The notes beneath the pieces were generated by a model. The model had not been told where the DNA came from, searched no databases, and saw only the letters and a program-made list of their open reading frames with translations. Source: a virus (Duplodnaviria; Caudoviricetes). From it: DNA of 54,988 nt. The stretch lies in IMG/VR virus record IMGVR_UViG_3300034032_000011, positions 1-54,988 of that record; one strand, written 5' to 3'. Each line of letters opens with the position of its first letter. Position 1 is the first letter of the stretch. The translations under genes and the position numbers were made by a program. Below, in pieces: positions 46,101-54,988 of the stretch.

Positions 46101-49100
46101 AATCTCCGTGATGTGCTGCTCAAGGGTCACGACCCTGAGGCCAAGCAGCACTTCTGGAAGTGGCTCATCCGTGCCGACATGCTCGGTGCTGCCTCCGAGG
46201 CCACAGACTCTGCCGTCGTCTACAAGCTCAACGACGTCTGGGTACGCGCCCTTAGCGAGATCGGTACTCGCATCGCGATGGAGAATGGGGCGACGGCAGA
46301 GGCCTCCATTGCTGCAGCACAGGCTGCTGGTGACCCCAACGCGAAGAAGATCGTTGAGACCGCAGCCAAGATTCCTGCCAGCCAGGCTCGACGCAACGAC
46401 CCTCGACCTGCTGCTACGCTGGGTCAGACAGTCGCTCTCCAGACTCCTGGAAACGACGACGTTCGCAAGAAGCAGAAGCTCAACCAGTCGCCTCTCGCGA
46501 GCCAGACGCTCGACGGTGGAGCAATCGCTGGCCACCTTGAAGCTGCTCAGAGGTTCTACCGCATCCTGTCTAGCGGAACGACCCGCACTCAGCTCGACTC
46601 GACCACTCGCGTCGACGAGGTAGCAGCCTACGCTCGCGCCGGTCTCGAGAAGCTGCTCGTCGAGTGGAACGTGGAGCGTACCCAGTCGGGTGAGCTCCCG
46701 ATCGAGATGCATGATCTAGTCAACATCTCTCTACCGAACATTGATGGTGTTGAAGCTCTAGCAGGTCGCTTTAAGTTCTTCAACGAGAGTGACCCGAACG
46801 CTAGCATTGGCCAGCTGGCCCTTCGGTTCGCAGTCAACCACTACCGTGGTATCGACTCGCCGGTGCTCGAGGTCAACAACGGCGAGCTCCGCAACAAGTA
46901 CATCGCGATCGAGAAGAAGGGCATGAAGGACACCATCGTCGAGCTCTTCGGAGAGACGATGATGGACTCGCTCGTGGGCATGGAGCCCAGTTCTCGCCTC
47001 GGCTGGACGGGCCTCACACTCAACCAGGCGCTCGCAGAGTACACCAGTCTCGATCAGGCTGGTCGCAAGGCAAAGATCCAGCTGGCGAAGCGACTCCCGC
47101 AGTATGGCTCGACGCCGTCCACGGAGAAGCCGCTACCTGCCTCCGAGGTTGGCAACGTCTCTGCATTCCGAGTCTTCATGGACGCGATCGAGACCAAGGG
47201 CAACCTGTTCATCACGATGAGCGACTCCGGTCTCGCCTCGACTGAGACCGTTGCTGGAGGCAGCGACGCTGCGCTCATCGATGACCTGCAGAGCGCAGCC
47301 AAGTCCGTTCGCAAGTACGCCCTCGATGCCTCGCGCGCGCTCGGGGCTAACAAGGTGCGTGGAGACCTCCACGTTGGAGCCAACGACAAGCTCACCGTGG
47401 AGCAGGTCTCCCACCTGTTCGAGGTAGACCGCCAGTTCGGTAAGCGACTGGCTGGTCTCGTGCCTCCTGGTATCGCCCTCTCGGTGTTCACCGAGGTCAA
47501 CGGCGTGGCTACCGTCCCGGACTGGTTCTACGACTTCATCACAGAGTCGAACGAGCAGCTTGCGGCCTACAAGCTGTGGCGCGGTATCCTCATCATGCAG
47601 TTCGACGCCGTCGCTGGCGAGACGAACTCCATCTCCGACGACAGGCTCATTGCTCAGTACCAGGCAGTGACCTCCGCAGACCCCACGGGTCGTGCTGCTG
47701 CTAGGATCCAGTCGGCCCTGGCCGAACAGCAGTCGATCCGTGGCTTCCTCTCATGGTTCAACCTGAACATGAACGGTGCTAACCCGCCTCAGCTGGCGAT
47801 CCTGAGAGATCAGGTCACTCTCGATACCAGCTTTTCGCAGGGTGGCTGGCGTCGTACGGGTACCCAGCAGGAGTTCAAGGAGGCCATCCGCGCTATGCGC
47901 GACCAGGTGGCCCAGTCTGCTCGCACCCTCAACGCCACAGTCGAGCGTGCCAGCAAGGACGACACCACTTGGTACAAGATCCAGAATGGTGACATCGATA
48001 CTCGTCGACTGGTGGATAAGTCCATCGCCCTCAAGAAGAAGCTGCCTACCGGTACTGGCACCGGCGTTCTCAACAACGCCCTGCGTAGCCTGAACGTGGG
48101 CCTCGTGGGCGACGAGTCTGAGAAGGCTAAGGCTGCTCGAGGTACTGCTGGGATGGGCGCTGTCGCTGTGGCTCAGCAGAACACCTGGGGAACCCCTCGC
48201 GACCAGCTGCGAGCAGCGTGGACGAGCATCTCCGAGATGGATGCTCTCGCTCGGCCTGATCGCCTCCTGTACCCTTTCAAGTTCTGGACCCAGGACGGCG
48301 TGCCTGTCGAATGGCCAGGGCTGACCTTCGAGATCATCCAGGAGATGTCCTATGATCTTGCTCTTCGCCCCATCATCACCGCTGCCCTCGGCCCGACCGT
48401 CTTCGATCAGGCCAACCCTGACGAGCCTGTCTCGCTCGCTGCACTGACGAGTCAGTCGATCACTGACATCGTCACGGAGCCGCACGAGATCCGTAGGATC
48501 GTGAGCGGCGAGAGCTACGCCGACCGTTCTCGGTTCCTTTCTGCCGTCTCTGGCAAGGGCGTCGCTCAGGAAATCGTTGAGCTCGCTCACGGTATCTTCA
48601 TCGCGCGCACGAGCGGTGCCACCAGACCGCTGAACGCTGCAGAGTACGTCGAGTGGTCTGACGATGCGATGAACACTGCTGCACGCTGGCTGCGCCTCGC
48701 TAGTCAGGTGCCTGTTAGTGAGCGCTCCGGCGTTGCCGCTGAGCTCGCCAAGCTCGGTCCTCAGCCGCTGCTGGCCGACCCGACCAACGAGAGCCTGTCG
48801 AAAGAGGATCGAGCCGCTGCTCTGATCGTCCGTGAGCTCCTCGAGAACGCCAAGACTGAGGCTATTCTCAAGCTGTCCGGTAAGGAGCAGGTACAGGCGG
48901 GTCTCCGCTACCAGCGCATGATCGATCGCCTTACTGCCAACTCCAGTGCTCAGGCTCTCGTCACGAGCTACTCCATTCCGGAGAACCCTGCCCTCGTACA
49001 CGACGCCAAGATCCGCATCTGGCGCAAGGCGCAGTCTCTCGGCTTCTTCTGGTCGATGACCCAGGGTCCAGACGCTGAGCGTGCTAACGCCTTCTTGTCT

Positions 49101-52100
49101 CTCGTGCCCAAGGACGGTCAGCAGTACCCTGAGGACACCAACAACCCTGCAGAGACGGCCGCCAACTGGGACGCGCTCACCCGCTCGATCGTCATGTACG
49201 AGCTCGGTATCGGCACCGGACAGACCACCGTCTCTCCTGAAGCGCGTGCTACGATGTCAGTCTCTGACCCATCGTTCGCGATCTTCCACGGTGACTGGTC
49301 GTGGGTCTACGACTTCGCCAAGCCAAGCAACGGTCGCTACGACTTGTGGAATGCTGCCAACGAGGTCCAGGAAGCCCTCACAGGTGACACTCTCGCTGGA
49401 GACACTGGAGCGTCCCTCGTGGATGCGATCAAGCGAGACCTCTACGAGAACTCGCGTTACCCGCTGGGTGCCTACAACAGTACCTATGCTCAGCAGTTCC
49501 TCGTGGGTCGGGACAAGCTCACTCGTTCTGCCAGCGAGCCAGCCATCGAGATCGGTGGTTCTGGACCGCAGAAGAACATCACGCTCGACACAGCCAGCCG
49601 TTACACCTTCAAGCACCCTGACGAACTGGGAGTACAGCCTCGCAAGTACGTGTTCTCTAGTCGTGTACTCTACCCGGTCACGAGCAACGGCCAGCAGCGC
49701 GAGCTGTCCATGGAAGACCGCCTCGCTGAGATGGACTTCGGCAACGGTCAGTCTGACCACCTTGGTATCCTGCAGGGTCGCTTCGTCAAGTCCATCACCA
49801 TCACCAAGCCGAACGGTGTGGCTCTGGACTTCTCGACCTCCGCTCTGCAACCGGCTATCACGAGCAGTGTCTCCAAGCAGACTCGTGCTAGTGGACTCAA
49901 GGTAACGAGCCCTGACCAGTTGGCGCTGGCTCTCAAGCCCTACGCCACTCAGGATCTCACGATTGAGATCGAGCTCTACCACCCCGACGACAAGCCACTG
50001 GGTGAAGCCAACAACATCTACTTCGTCGGTACTGCTCGAGGTCGCGAGGCAGATGCCGGTCTGTCCCCGTTCTCCGCCGACCTGCAGAACGAGGGTGAGA
50101 CTCAGCAGCTGTCTCGCAAGGCTCTCGACGCGATGAAGAAGCACACTTCGGCTATCGGTATCCCGAGCTTGCCGGAGCGTGCAGACGTTCGTGCACTCGA
50201 AGACCCGACGAACATGCGTGCCACGATCGAATACAAGGTGGCTCAGTACATGCTGAGCGACACTGACATCACGATGATCGACGCCTCGGCAGAGAACAAG
50301 CTCCGCAAGGAGGTTCTCATGCAGTCGATCATTCGTGGCATCGACGAGACCGGTGCTGTACAGATCTTCTCGGCAGAAGAGATCATTGCTCACCAGAACA
50401 GTGGATCGCCCGAGCCGTACCCGATGCCGCTCCAGAACGTACAGTTCGAGACCATCCCTATTGACTTCCTTCGCTCCTTCCTCGGAGAGCAGGGCACCCA
50501 GGGCTCGACGGTCAACCTCGATCCTGAGCGGTTCAACGCCAGCATCCAGACCTGGGATGCCTACACTGGTCACTGGGACCGCGAGATGATCAAGACCCTC
50601 GCCCCTGGACTGCTCGACCCGACAACCCTGTCTCCCGACACCGTCAGCCTTGCTAAGATCATGGGCACCAGTCTCTTCGCCAAGACCGGTTTCCTGCGTC
50701 AGTCACACCCTCGCAAGATCGCCTCTGCCAGGGAGATCAAGGAGTACTACTCCATCCTGGACACTTGGAGCGCTGCTCGTCGTGTCGCTGGTGAGGAGGG
50801 GCGAGTCCGCGATAAGGGTACTCAGGACGCCCTCGCCGAGAACAGTGCTCGCAACGCAGACATCGTCGCTGAGTTCGATAACCAGCGCGGTGCTCGCACG
50901 ATCGTTCAGCTCAGCGAGCTCAAGATCTCTGGCGTTCCTGGAGTGTCCGACGAGGTACTGACCCGTACTCAGAACCTGGTACGTACGGCTCACGCCCAGG
51001 ACGCCGGTTCTGTAGCAATGTCCATCGGCGAGCGCAAGGAGCTCTGGCTCCTCAAGCCCGAGAGTGCTAGCGGCGGCGTGATGAAGGGTATTGTTCGCAG
51101 TCTGGCCGATCTTCGCTGGAACGCTGAGGAGCACCGTCAGGCTACTGGAGCCAACCCCATGCCTGGTGACGAGATCGCCGTCGACCCTGCAGACAACGGC
51201 GTCACTCAGAGCATGATCGAGTCGATCCTCGAGAGTGGCTACTCCGTAGCTCTGTATGGTCCCAGCACCAGCGCAGACGACATCGCTCTTACCAAGCGTG
51301 CTCTGGAGAACACCGGTCGCTTCGTTGAGGAGCACGGTCGGTGGTACCTCCGTGACCCTCGGGCTGGCTCCGTTACTGGAGTCGCTCGTGAGAGTAACCT
51401 GTTCGTAGTGGAGCGCCAGTCCACCAAGAAAGTTGTTGGCACGTTCATCACCAGCCGACTGCAGGGTGAGAACTCGCTGATTGTCGTCGACCCCAAGAAC
51501 ATGAAGGGTCGCGACATTGGCGTAGTCAAGACTCTCGTGCAGACGGGCCCGCACATCGGCTTCAACCGACCCAGCACTGCCGTTGGCATCTCTCGCATCC
51601 GCACCCTGCTCGACGAGTGGGCCGATCCTGCTTTGCGAGCAGTGTGGGAGGATCACCTGATCGCTCTGTCTGGTCCCAAGCTGGGGGCAGAGGGTCGCAT
51701 CGCTCTCATTGAGGCAATGGACCGTGCGATCGGTAACACCAACCGGAACACCGGACTGCCGATCACGAGGCAGGAAGACGCTGCAGCCGATAAGGTACGC
51801 CTGGGCGACTTCATCTTCCTGACTGACGCTCGTGGGCAGCTCATCATCACTCGCCACGGTCACAAGACCTTCGAGACCCAGGACAACCGCCGTACCCGCA
51901 ACGAGCAGCTGCGTACTCCACTGTTCGAGGGTGGCCCCGCAGGTCGTGTCGCTATCTACTTGCCCGAGGTCGACAACGATCCCACGTTCTTCGAGGGCGT
52001 CGTAGAGAGCTGGACCCCTGGCTCGCGAGCGCTGGAGGGCAATATGCGTGTTCCTCTCTCAGCGCTGTCGAGTAAGCTCATGATGGCAATGATCGGCATC

Positions 52101-54988
52101 AAGGGCTTCGCCAACACTCTCAAGAACGCCGGCTTCGATGTTACGAAGAAGCAGGTATCTGAGAAGATCCCTCTGCAGTTGCTCGTCTCTGAGGCCGACT
52201 ACGTGAGCAAGGAGGGCATGTCCCTCGACAACGCTCACGAGGCTATCAAGTGGCTCGGCTTCGATGCTACTGAGGCATACGCTATCGCCATGCTGGGGAT
52301 CACCCAGGAAGCATGGGACGAAGCCGTAGCCCAGCGAGAAGTAGGGAATGCCACAGCGTACCAGACGATTCGTGGAGCAGTCAAGGACTATCTCGCCGCC
52401 TACAGCCGTAGCTGGGCGTCGTCTGCTCTCACTGGGCTCGATGCTGCCGACTACATCTCTGCGCTCGCGGGTGACGTCAGTCACGTGTCTAGCGAGATCC
52501 AGGATATCATCAGCATGCTCCCCGCTGAGGCCCAGACGAAGCTGACTACAGTACTCGAGGGTGGCTTCTCGCCGGAGGCTCGCATTACCCTCGCTGCTCT
52601 TACCTACCTGTCTACTCCCAACGCTCAGGTGGATGCTATCCTGTCCACCGAGGGTGTCGAGGGTGTGACAGAAGAAGTCGTGTCCATGCCTCCACTGTTC
52701 ACCAACCTGTTCGTTCAGGCCACGAAGAACTCCGACCTGCAGGGTTGGATCGGTAAGCGAATCAACGATCGTCTGCCCTACGGTACAGACGCTCAGGGTC
52801 GTGCAGACGGATACGTCTGGAACCCGACCAGCGGTCGCACGACCATGTTCGTTCCCGGCCAGGAGCCGCTCGAGGGTCGCTACGGCTTCTACGAGCTCCA
52901 CGCCAACGGTGCAGACAACGGTGAGATCTTTGCACAGTCGTTCGAGCACTCCTCGAAGCAGACCGCTAGCCTCTCCATCCGCAACGTGGCGGTAGGCGCA
53001 CTGTATGGCGTGGACGCTGGCCACTCGCCCGACCTGCCCAAGCTCAAGCAGACGCTCAAGGGACGTACCTTCGATCCTTCCACAGAGGTCGGCCTCGACC
53101 AGATCTTCTCTGGGGCTACTGCAGCGTACATCAACTCGCTGGAGCCCAGCACCATGCTGTCCCCCGCAGAGGTTAAGTACGTGGAGACGGGTGCTGAGCT
53201 CGTGTCGGCCTTCACGCAGACTGCAGACCTCGAGGGTGATGAGCTCGGATGGACTGCTGCTCGCAAGGCTGAGGTCAAGAGCAACGCAGAGCGACTGTTC
53301 CAGCGCCACGGTCTCGACGCTCGTGATATCGATATGATCCACGGCTGGGTTCGTCGCTACCTGTGGCGTCCCAAGGAAGCTGGAGCAGATCCGAGTCAGG
53401 CCGAATACGGTCACATCTCCTACACAGCCTGGACCACAGCGTTCAAGGCTATCGAGAAGAACATGCTCAACGGTCGTTACCCGACCTGGCTTGCCAATGT
53501 CCCGGCCATGCACGCTGATGAAGTACGCTACTTCATCCTCGCCTTCCAGCGCTCGGGTGGAAAGAGCTTCATGCCTTCCGCTAAGCCGTGGGGTTCTAAG
53601 GCCGACAAGCGAGATGCCTCTCGCCGTGCCAAGGAGAATGACCCTCGTATGCTCAAGGGCGAGGCTCTCGAAGAGTACTTCTACAACGTGGCCATCGGTG
53701 AGATGATGGAGAGCACCGTCTCCAAGATCACTCAGCCCGCAGTAGATGGATTCCTTCACACCTACCAGGGGGTCTACTCCGACGGTTCGCTCATGGCTCT
53801 GTCCATCAGTGAAGAGGTACGGAACACCCTGCTGGATCCTGCGCTCAACAACATGGTGCTGTCGCTCGACAAGAACTACCGACAGTTCCTCAAGGTCATC
53901 CCAACCGACTCTGTCGTGGAGTCGCAGGTCACGGATATCTTCGGAGCAGGACTGCTCCAGGGTCGCTACGCCACCAGCTATCTCGGCAAGGACGCCCTCG
54001 TCGAGACCAAGGAGCGTCAGCTCCGTTGGCTCCGTGAGAAGAACATGTCCAACTCTTCCATGAAGGGTATCGATATCGCCAGCAGAGGTCACGAGCTCCG
54101 CTCGACCGCCGGTGTCACGACTGCACTCATGCGCATCTTCATCAACCTCCGACTGATCAACGGCATGGGTAACCCTCTCCTGATGCTGTCAGCTCCGGTA
54201 GAGACGTTCGCTCGCAACACCGTTGAGGACGCCAAGGCACTGCTGACAGGCCAGTCCACTAGTGCCGTGGGCATCAACATCTCCAAGATGCGTGCATCGT
54301 TCCGCGACTCTGTCATTGGCCAGTCTGCAGTAGTCTCTGCTCTCGCTCCTGAGGTTCAGATGACTCTCAGCACTGAGACTCTGCTCCACGCTCGTAACGT
54401 GATCAAGACCCTCGGTGACGACAAGGCTGTCTTCAAGCCCACGATCGCTGGCGACCTCGTTCCGCACATCGAGATTACTGGTAGCTGGGTAGAGCGTCAG
54501 TCTGCTCGTGCAGCCAAGTTCCTTGGTAAGTCGCAGGATCCCATGTGGGCTATCTCGACTCCGAAGATGGCAGAGCGCTTCGTGGGTGCCGTCATGCAGT
54601 ACTTCCAAACCGTGGGTACTGAGAACGGCTACACCCTTGACGACGCTCTCGAAATGGCTGCGACCTCGTTCACGACGTTCCGCAAGACGTTCCCGCAGGT
54701 GTATACCCTTGCTATCAACACAGTAGCGAACGTTCGTACCACCAAGGCTACGACAGTGAGCCTCGCCGCTGGCGCTGCCATTGACGCTCTGTCGACCAGC
54801 CGGTATGGTGGGGTGAATATCATCAGCAACCTGTCGCTCAAGATCCCGTTCATCTTCCAGAACTACGCTTTCAACGCCGCGACCAACATTATGGGTCTGC
54901 AGTTCCTGGACTCTGTGTTGGCTCTCGCTGCTCAGGGCAAGACGAGCGGTCGCACCTGGGGACAGGTCCAGTCCTTCCTCAATGGTCG
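43188..54988 (+). CDS. Giant (~4,544 aa) virion/ejection protein with a two-barrel RNA polymerase catalytic domain; 5' part, continues across the window end
   Basis: ATG at 43188 (MSDAPSWEQPNAQQG...). The ORF track lists no closed ORF in this frame, consistent with no stop before the window end. The last codon CG+G joins base 1 in the frame of ORF 44..1834. In-frame PVFNRQP at 45651 and GDFDGD at 45798-45815. Confidence 0.88.
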   Translation, partial: MSDAPSWEQPNAQQGAASVAAPAGMAQPSWAKDNARLPWQTDATERNTAAFGGQRGSIRNGWNTDFYTKLFDQNKQSVDAGIDPYARDDFTGVVTYDTKIKTVSGQDRVLKFGDVWEDGKRVENVYDYGQDEGNAILSALQLGAKEKLELFQDAEGDQDKIYNALLERASSNTAAAAAYQGQQQFIQEREAIEKDWGDFAPLGVFLAGAGAGAATGAGAGGAIGLAGGLAALPAAGIGAIAGTVIGGVGALLNQDELIDNFAAAQVQVERAQNLNNPGLQLSAGLSGYGGAVASLAQPLTNLGVGLTEVANDSVGNDISSRDEAYAQDNLVQEGLRFGLSFADAFAQFAGAPGTALYMATMGAVTAGGAVGLSTGMQWDDRLQEYNPIADSGSAVEDAGRWASAIGAVGIDAVQTFMPVGVLRAADRVGGAAGRVGGKTPIAFEQRIVQKANDGDRVALIQAKLLGLETERTTVMNGRTFLKEDGQVVGVSRLPNVTLLAPSEAIGFLSARAVAMYNQVRGASLGASDLYAASLRLRELPPLSQALVTGFGEGYEEVAQSFLQNWSQGYNPSPEELVRSGLGGFIAGAGMSAGAQVGRNPKLEGLGVVNSVRAMTGSPLLSEEDWLGLSAVERQAERDISPAIRATAQRARQDLISDMVDVTFGGTVIPEIRVDAAVRARDAALERALPASERTWKLSATENPAFDSNAVRIELQAFLLAFDTHARVFEETGRGASAAAVRALLDYTKVIAARVLQNPLTATTDKTTFEIVRADGSTIPVGFSSIEAVNVLLRDAYEGRGVPAVPGATASWDNEAARRGIEPVFNRQPADSNGSWAMLRPEIDANVTSERDPGDPDKTWRLSHAVLKGLSGDFDGDGGALRSLLRLEDDGADNGEARRRLRLGLNLVSGDTIMVDSYATEIHNSNLIIRHPLRDKPGFVKSRLDKAVAEVVALLEPAGRMPAAKLRLEVQRNLRDVLLKGHDPEAKQHFWKWLIRADMLGAASEATDSAVVYKLNDVWVRALSEIGTRIAMENGATAEASIAAAQAAGDPNAKKIVETAAKIPASQARRNDPRPAATLGQTVALQTPGNDDVRKKQKLNQSPLASQTLDGGAIAGHLEAAQRFYRILSSGTTRTQLDSTTRVDEVAAYARAGLEKLLVEWNVERTQSGELPIEMHDLVNISLPNIDGVEALAGRFKFFNESDPNASIGQLALRFAVNHYRGIDSPVLEVNNGELRNKYIAIEKKGMKDTIVELFGETMMDSLVGMEPSSRLGWTGLTLNQALAEYTSLDQAGRKAKIQLAKRLPQYGSTPSTEKPLPASEVGNVSAFRVFMDAIETKGNLFITMSDSGLASTETVAGGSDAALIDDLQSAAKSVRKYALDASRALGANKVRGDLHVGANDKLTVEQVSHLFEVDRQFGKRLAGLVPPGIALSVFTEVNGVATVPDWFYDFITESNEQLAAYKLWRGILIMQFDAVAGETNSISDDRLIAQYQAVTSADPTGRAAARIQSALAEQQSIRGFLSWFNLNMNGANPPQLAILRDQVTLDTSFSQGGWRRTGTQQEFKEAIRAMRDQVAQSARTLNATVERASKDDTTWYKIQNGDIDTRRLVDKSIALKKKLPTGTGTGVLNNALRSLNVGLVGDESEKAKAARGTAGMGAVAVAQQNTWGTPRDQLRAAWTSISEMDALARPDRLLYPFKFWTQDGVPVEWPGLTFEIIQEMSYDLALRPIITAALGPTVFDQANPDEPVSLAALTSQSITDIVTEPHEIRRIVSGESYADRSRFLSAVSGKGVAQEIVELAHGIFIARTSGATRPLNAAEYVEWSDDAMNTAARWLRLASQVPVSERSGVAAELAKLGPQPLLADPTNESLSKEDRAAALIVRELLENAKTEAILKLSGKEQVQAGLRYQRMIDRLTANSSAQALVTSYSIPENPALVHDAKIRIWRKAQSLGFFWSMTQGPDAERANAFLSLVPKDGQQYPEDTNNPAETAANWDALTRSIVMYELGIGTGQTTVSPEARATMSVSDPSFAIFHGDWSWVYDFAKPSNGRYDLWNAANEVQEALTGDTLAGDTGASLVDAIKRDLYENSRYPLGAYNSTYAQQFLVGRDKLTRSASEPAIEIGGSGPQKNITLDTASRYTFKHPDELGVQPRKYVFSSRVLYPVTSNGQQRELSMEDRLAEMDFGNGQSDHLGILQGRFVKSITITKPNGVALDFSTSALQPAITSSVSKQTRASGLKVTSPDQLALALKPYATQDLTIEIELYHPDDKPLGEANNIYFVGTARGREADAGLSPFSADLQNEGETQQLSRKALDAMKKHTSAIGIPSLPERADVRALEDPTNMRATIEYKVAQYMLSDTDITMIDASAENKLRKEVLMQSIIRGIDETGAVQIFSAEEIIAHQNSGSPEPYPMPLQNVQFETIPIDFLRSFLGEQGTQGSTVNLDPERFNASIQTWDAYTGHWDREMIKTLAPGLLDPTTLSPDTVSLAKIMGTSLFAKTGFLRQSHPRKIASAREIKEYYSILDTWSAARRVAGEEGRVRDKGTQDALAENSARNADIVAEFDNQRGARTIVQLSELKISGVPGVSDEVLTRTQNLVRTAHAQDAGSVAMSIGERKELWLLKPESASGGVMKGIVRSLADLRWNAEEHRQATGANPMPGDEIAVDPADNGVTQSMIESILESGYSVALYGPSTSADDIALTKRALENTGRFVEEHGRWYLRDPRAGSVTGVARESNLFVVERQSTKKVVGTFITSRLQGENSLIVVDPKNMKGRDIGVVKTLVQTGPHIGFNRPSTAVGISRIRTLLDEWADPALRAVWEDHLIALSGPKLGAEGRIALIEAMDRAIGNTNRNTGLPITRQEDAAADKVRLGDFIFLTDARGQLIITRHGHKTFETQDNRRTRNEQLRTPLFEGGPAGRVAIYLPEVDNDPTFFEGVVESWTPGSRALEGNMRVPLSALSSKLMMAMIGIKGFANTLKNAGFDVTKKQVSEKIPLQLLVSEADYVSKEGMSLDNAHEAIKWLGFDATEAYAIAMLGITQEAWDEAVAQREVGNATAYQTIRGAVKDYLAAYSRSWASSALTGLDAADYISALAGDVSHVSSEIQDIISMLPAEAQTKLTTVLEGGFSPEARITLAALTYLSTPNAQVDAILSTEGVEGVTEEVVSMPPLFTNLFVQATKNSDLQGWIGKRINDRLPYGTDAQGRADGYVWNPTSGRTTMFVPGQEPLEGRYGFYELHANGADNGEIFAQSFEHSSKQTASLSIRNVAVGALYGVDAGHSPDLPKLKQTLKGRTFDPSTEVGLDQIFSGATAAYINSLEPSTMLSPAEVKYVETGAELVSAFTQTADLEGDELGWTAARKAEVKSNAERLFQRHGLDARDIDMIHGWVRRYLWRPKEAGADPSQAEYGHISYTAWTTAFKAIEKNMLNGRYPTWLANVPAMHADEVRYFILAFQRSGGKSFMPSAKPWGSKADKRDASRRAKENDPRMLKGEALEEYFYNVAIGEMMESTVSKITQPAVDGFLHTYQGVYSDGSLMALSISEEVRNTLLDPALNNMVLSLDKNYRQFLKVIPTDSVVESQVTDIFGAGLLQGRYATSYLGKDALVETKERQLRWLREKNMSNSSMKGIDIASRGHELRSTAGVTTALMRIFINLRLINGMGNPLLMLSAPVETFARNTVEDAKALLTGQSTSAVGINISKMRASFRDSVIGQSAVVSALAPEVQMTLSTETLLHARNVIKTLGDDKAVFKPTIAGDLVPHIEITGSWVERQSARAAKFLGKSQDPMWAISTPKMAERFVGAVMQYFQTVGTENGYTLDDALEMAATSFTTFRKTFPQVYTLAINTVANVRTTKATTVSLAAGAAIDALSTSRYGGVNIISNLSLKIPFIFQNYAFNAATNIMGLQFLDSVLALAAQGKTSGRTWGQVQSFLNG

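Noticed and set aside
47751-54092. Long minus-strand ORFs (47751-49001, 49257-50573, 50703-51863, 52059-54092)
   Set aside because: Antisense shadows of the codon-biased giant plus-strand gene, with no RBS or recognisable motifs.
43188-54988. Tape measure protein or N4-type (T7-like) virion RNAP
   Set aside because: No major tail or tail chaperone genes were recognised and there is no tape-measure periodicity. The motif seen (NRQP...DFDGD) belongs to the two-barrel family, not the T7-like family.

Overview
The window appears to be a complete, circularly permuted ~55 kb lytic actinobacteriophage genome. A WhiB gene and an LAxTG-type sorting signal point to an actinobacterial host, and the size and layout recall the Microbacterium cluster EK/EM podoviruses. 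The rightward arm (42671 through the window end, continuing to 23852) carries a giant virion gene, portal, major capsid, tail/fibre genes, lysis genes, adaptor/nozzle, an Acb2/Tad1-like gene and terminase. The leftward arm (42240 down to 23755) carries small early genes, a sortase-type surface protein, SSB, Cas4-like nuclease, PolA, RuvC, WhiB, two helicases and a prim-pol. The main result is a 13,635-nt ORF absent from the ORF track. It starts at 43188, runs off the window end and continues in frame into 1..1834 (about 4,544 aa). It contains FNRQP...TWRL...GDFDGD, the catalytic signature of two-barrel (RpoC/Rpb1-type) RNA polymerases, which suggests an injected virion RNA polymerase fused to ejection domains. 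The divergent control region (40680-42640) holds a 26-bp perfect hairpin, an array of GGTGTATCA repeats and duplicated AT-rich promoter boxes. No integrase, tRNA, rRNA or CRISPR array was recognised. Product calls come from reading motifs by eye, not from database searches.
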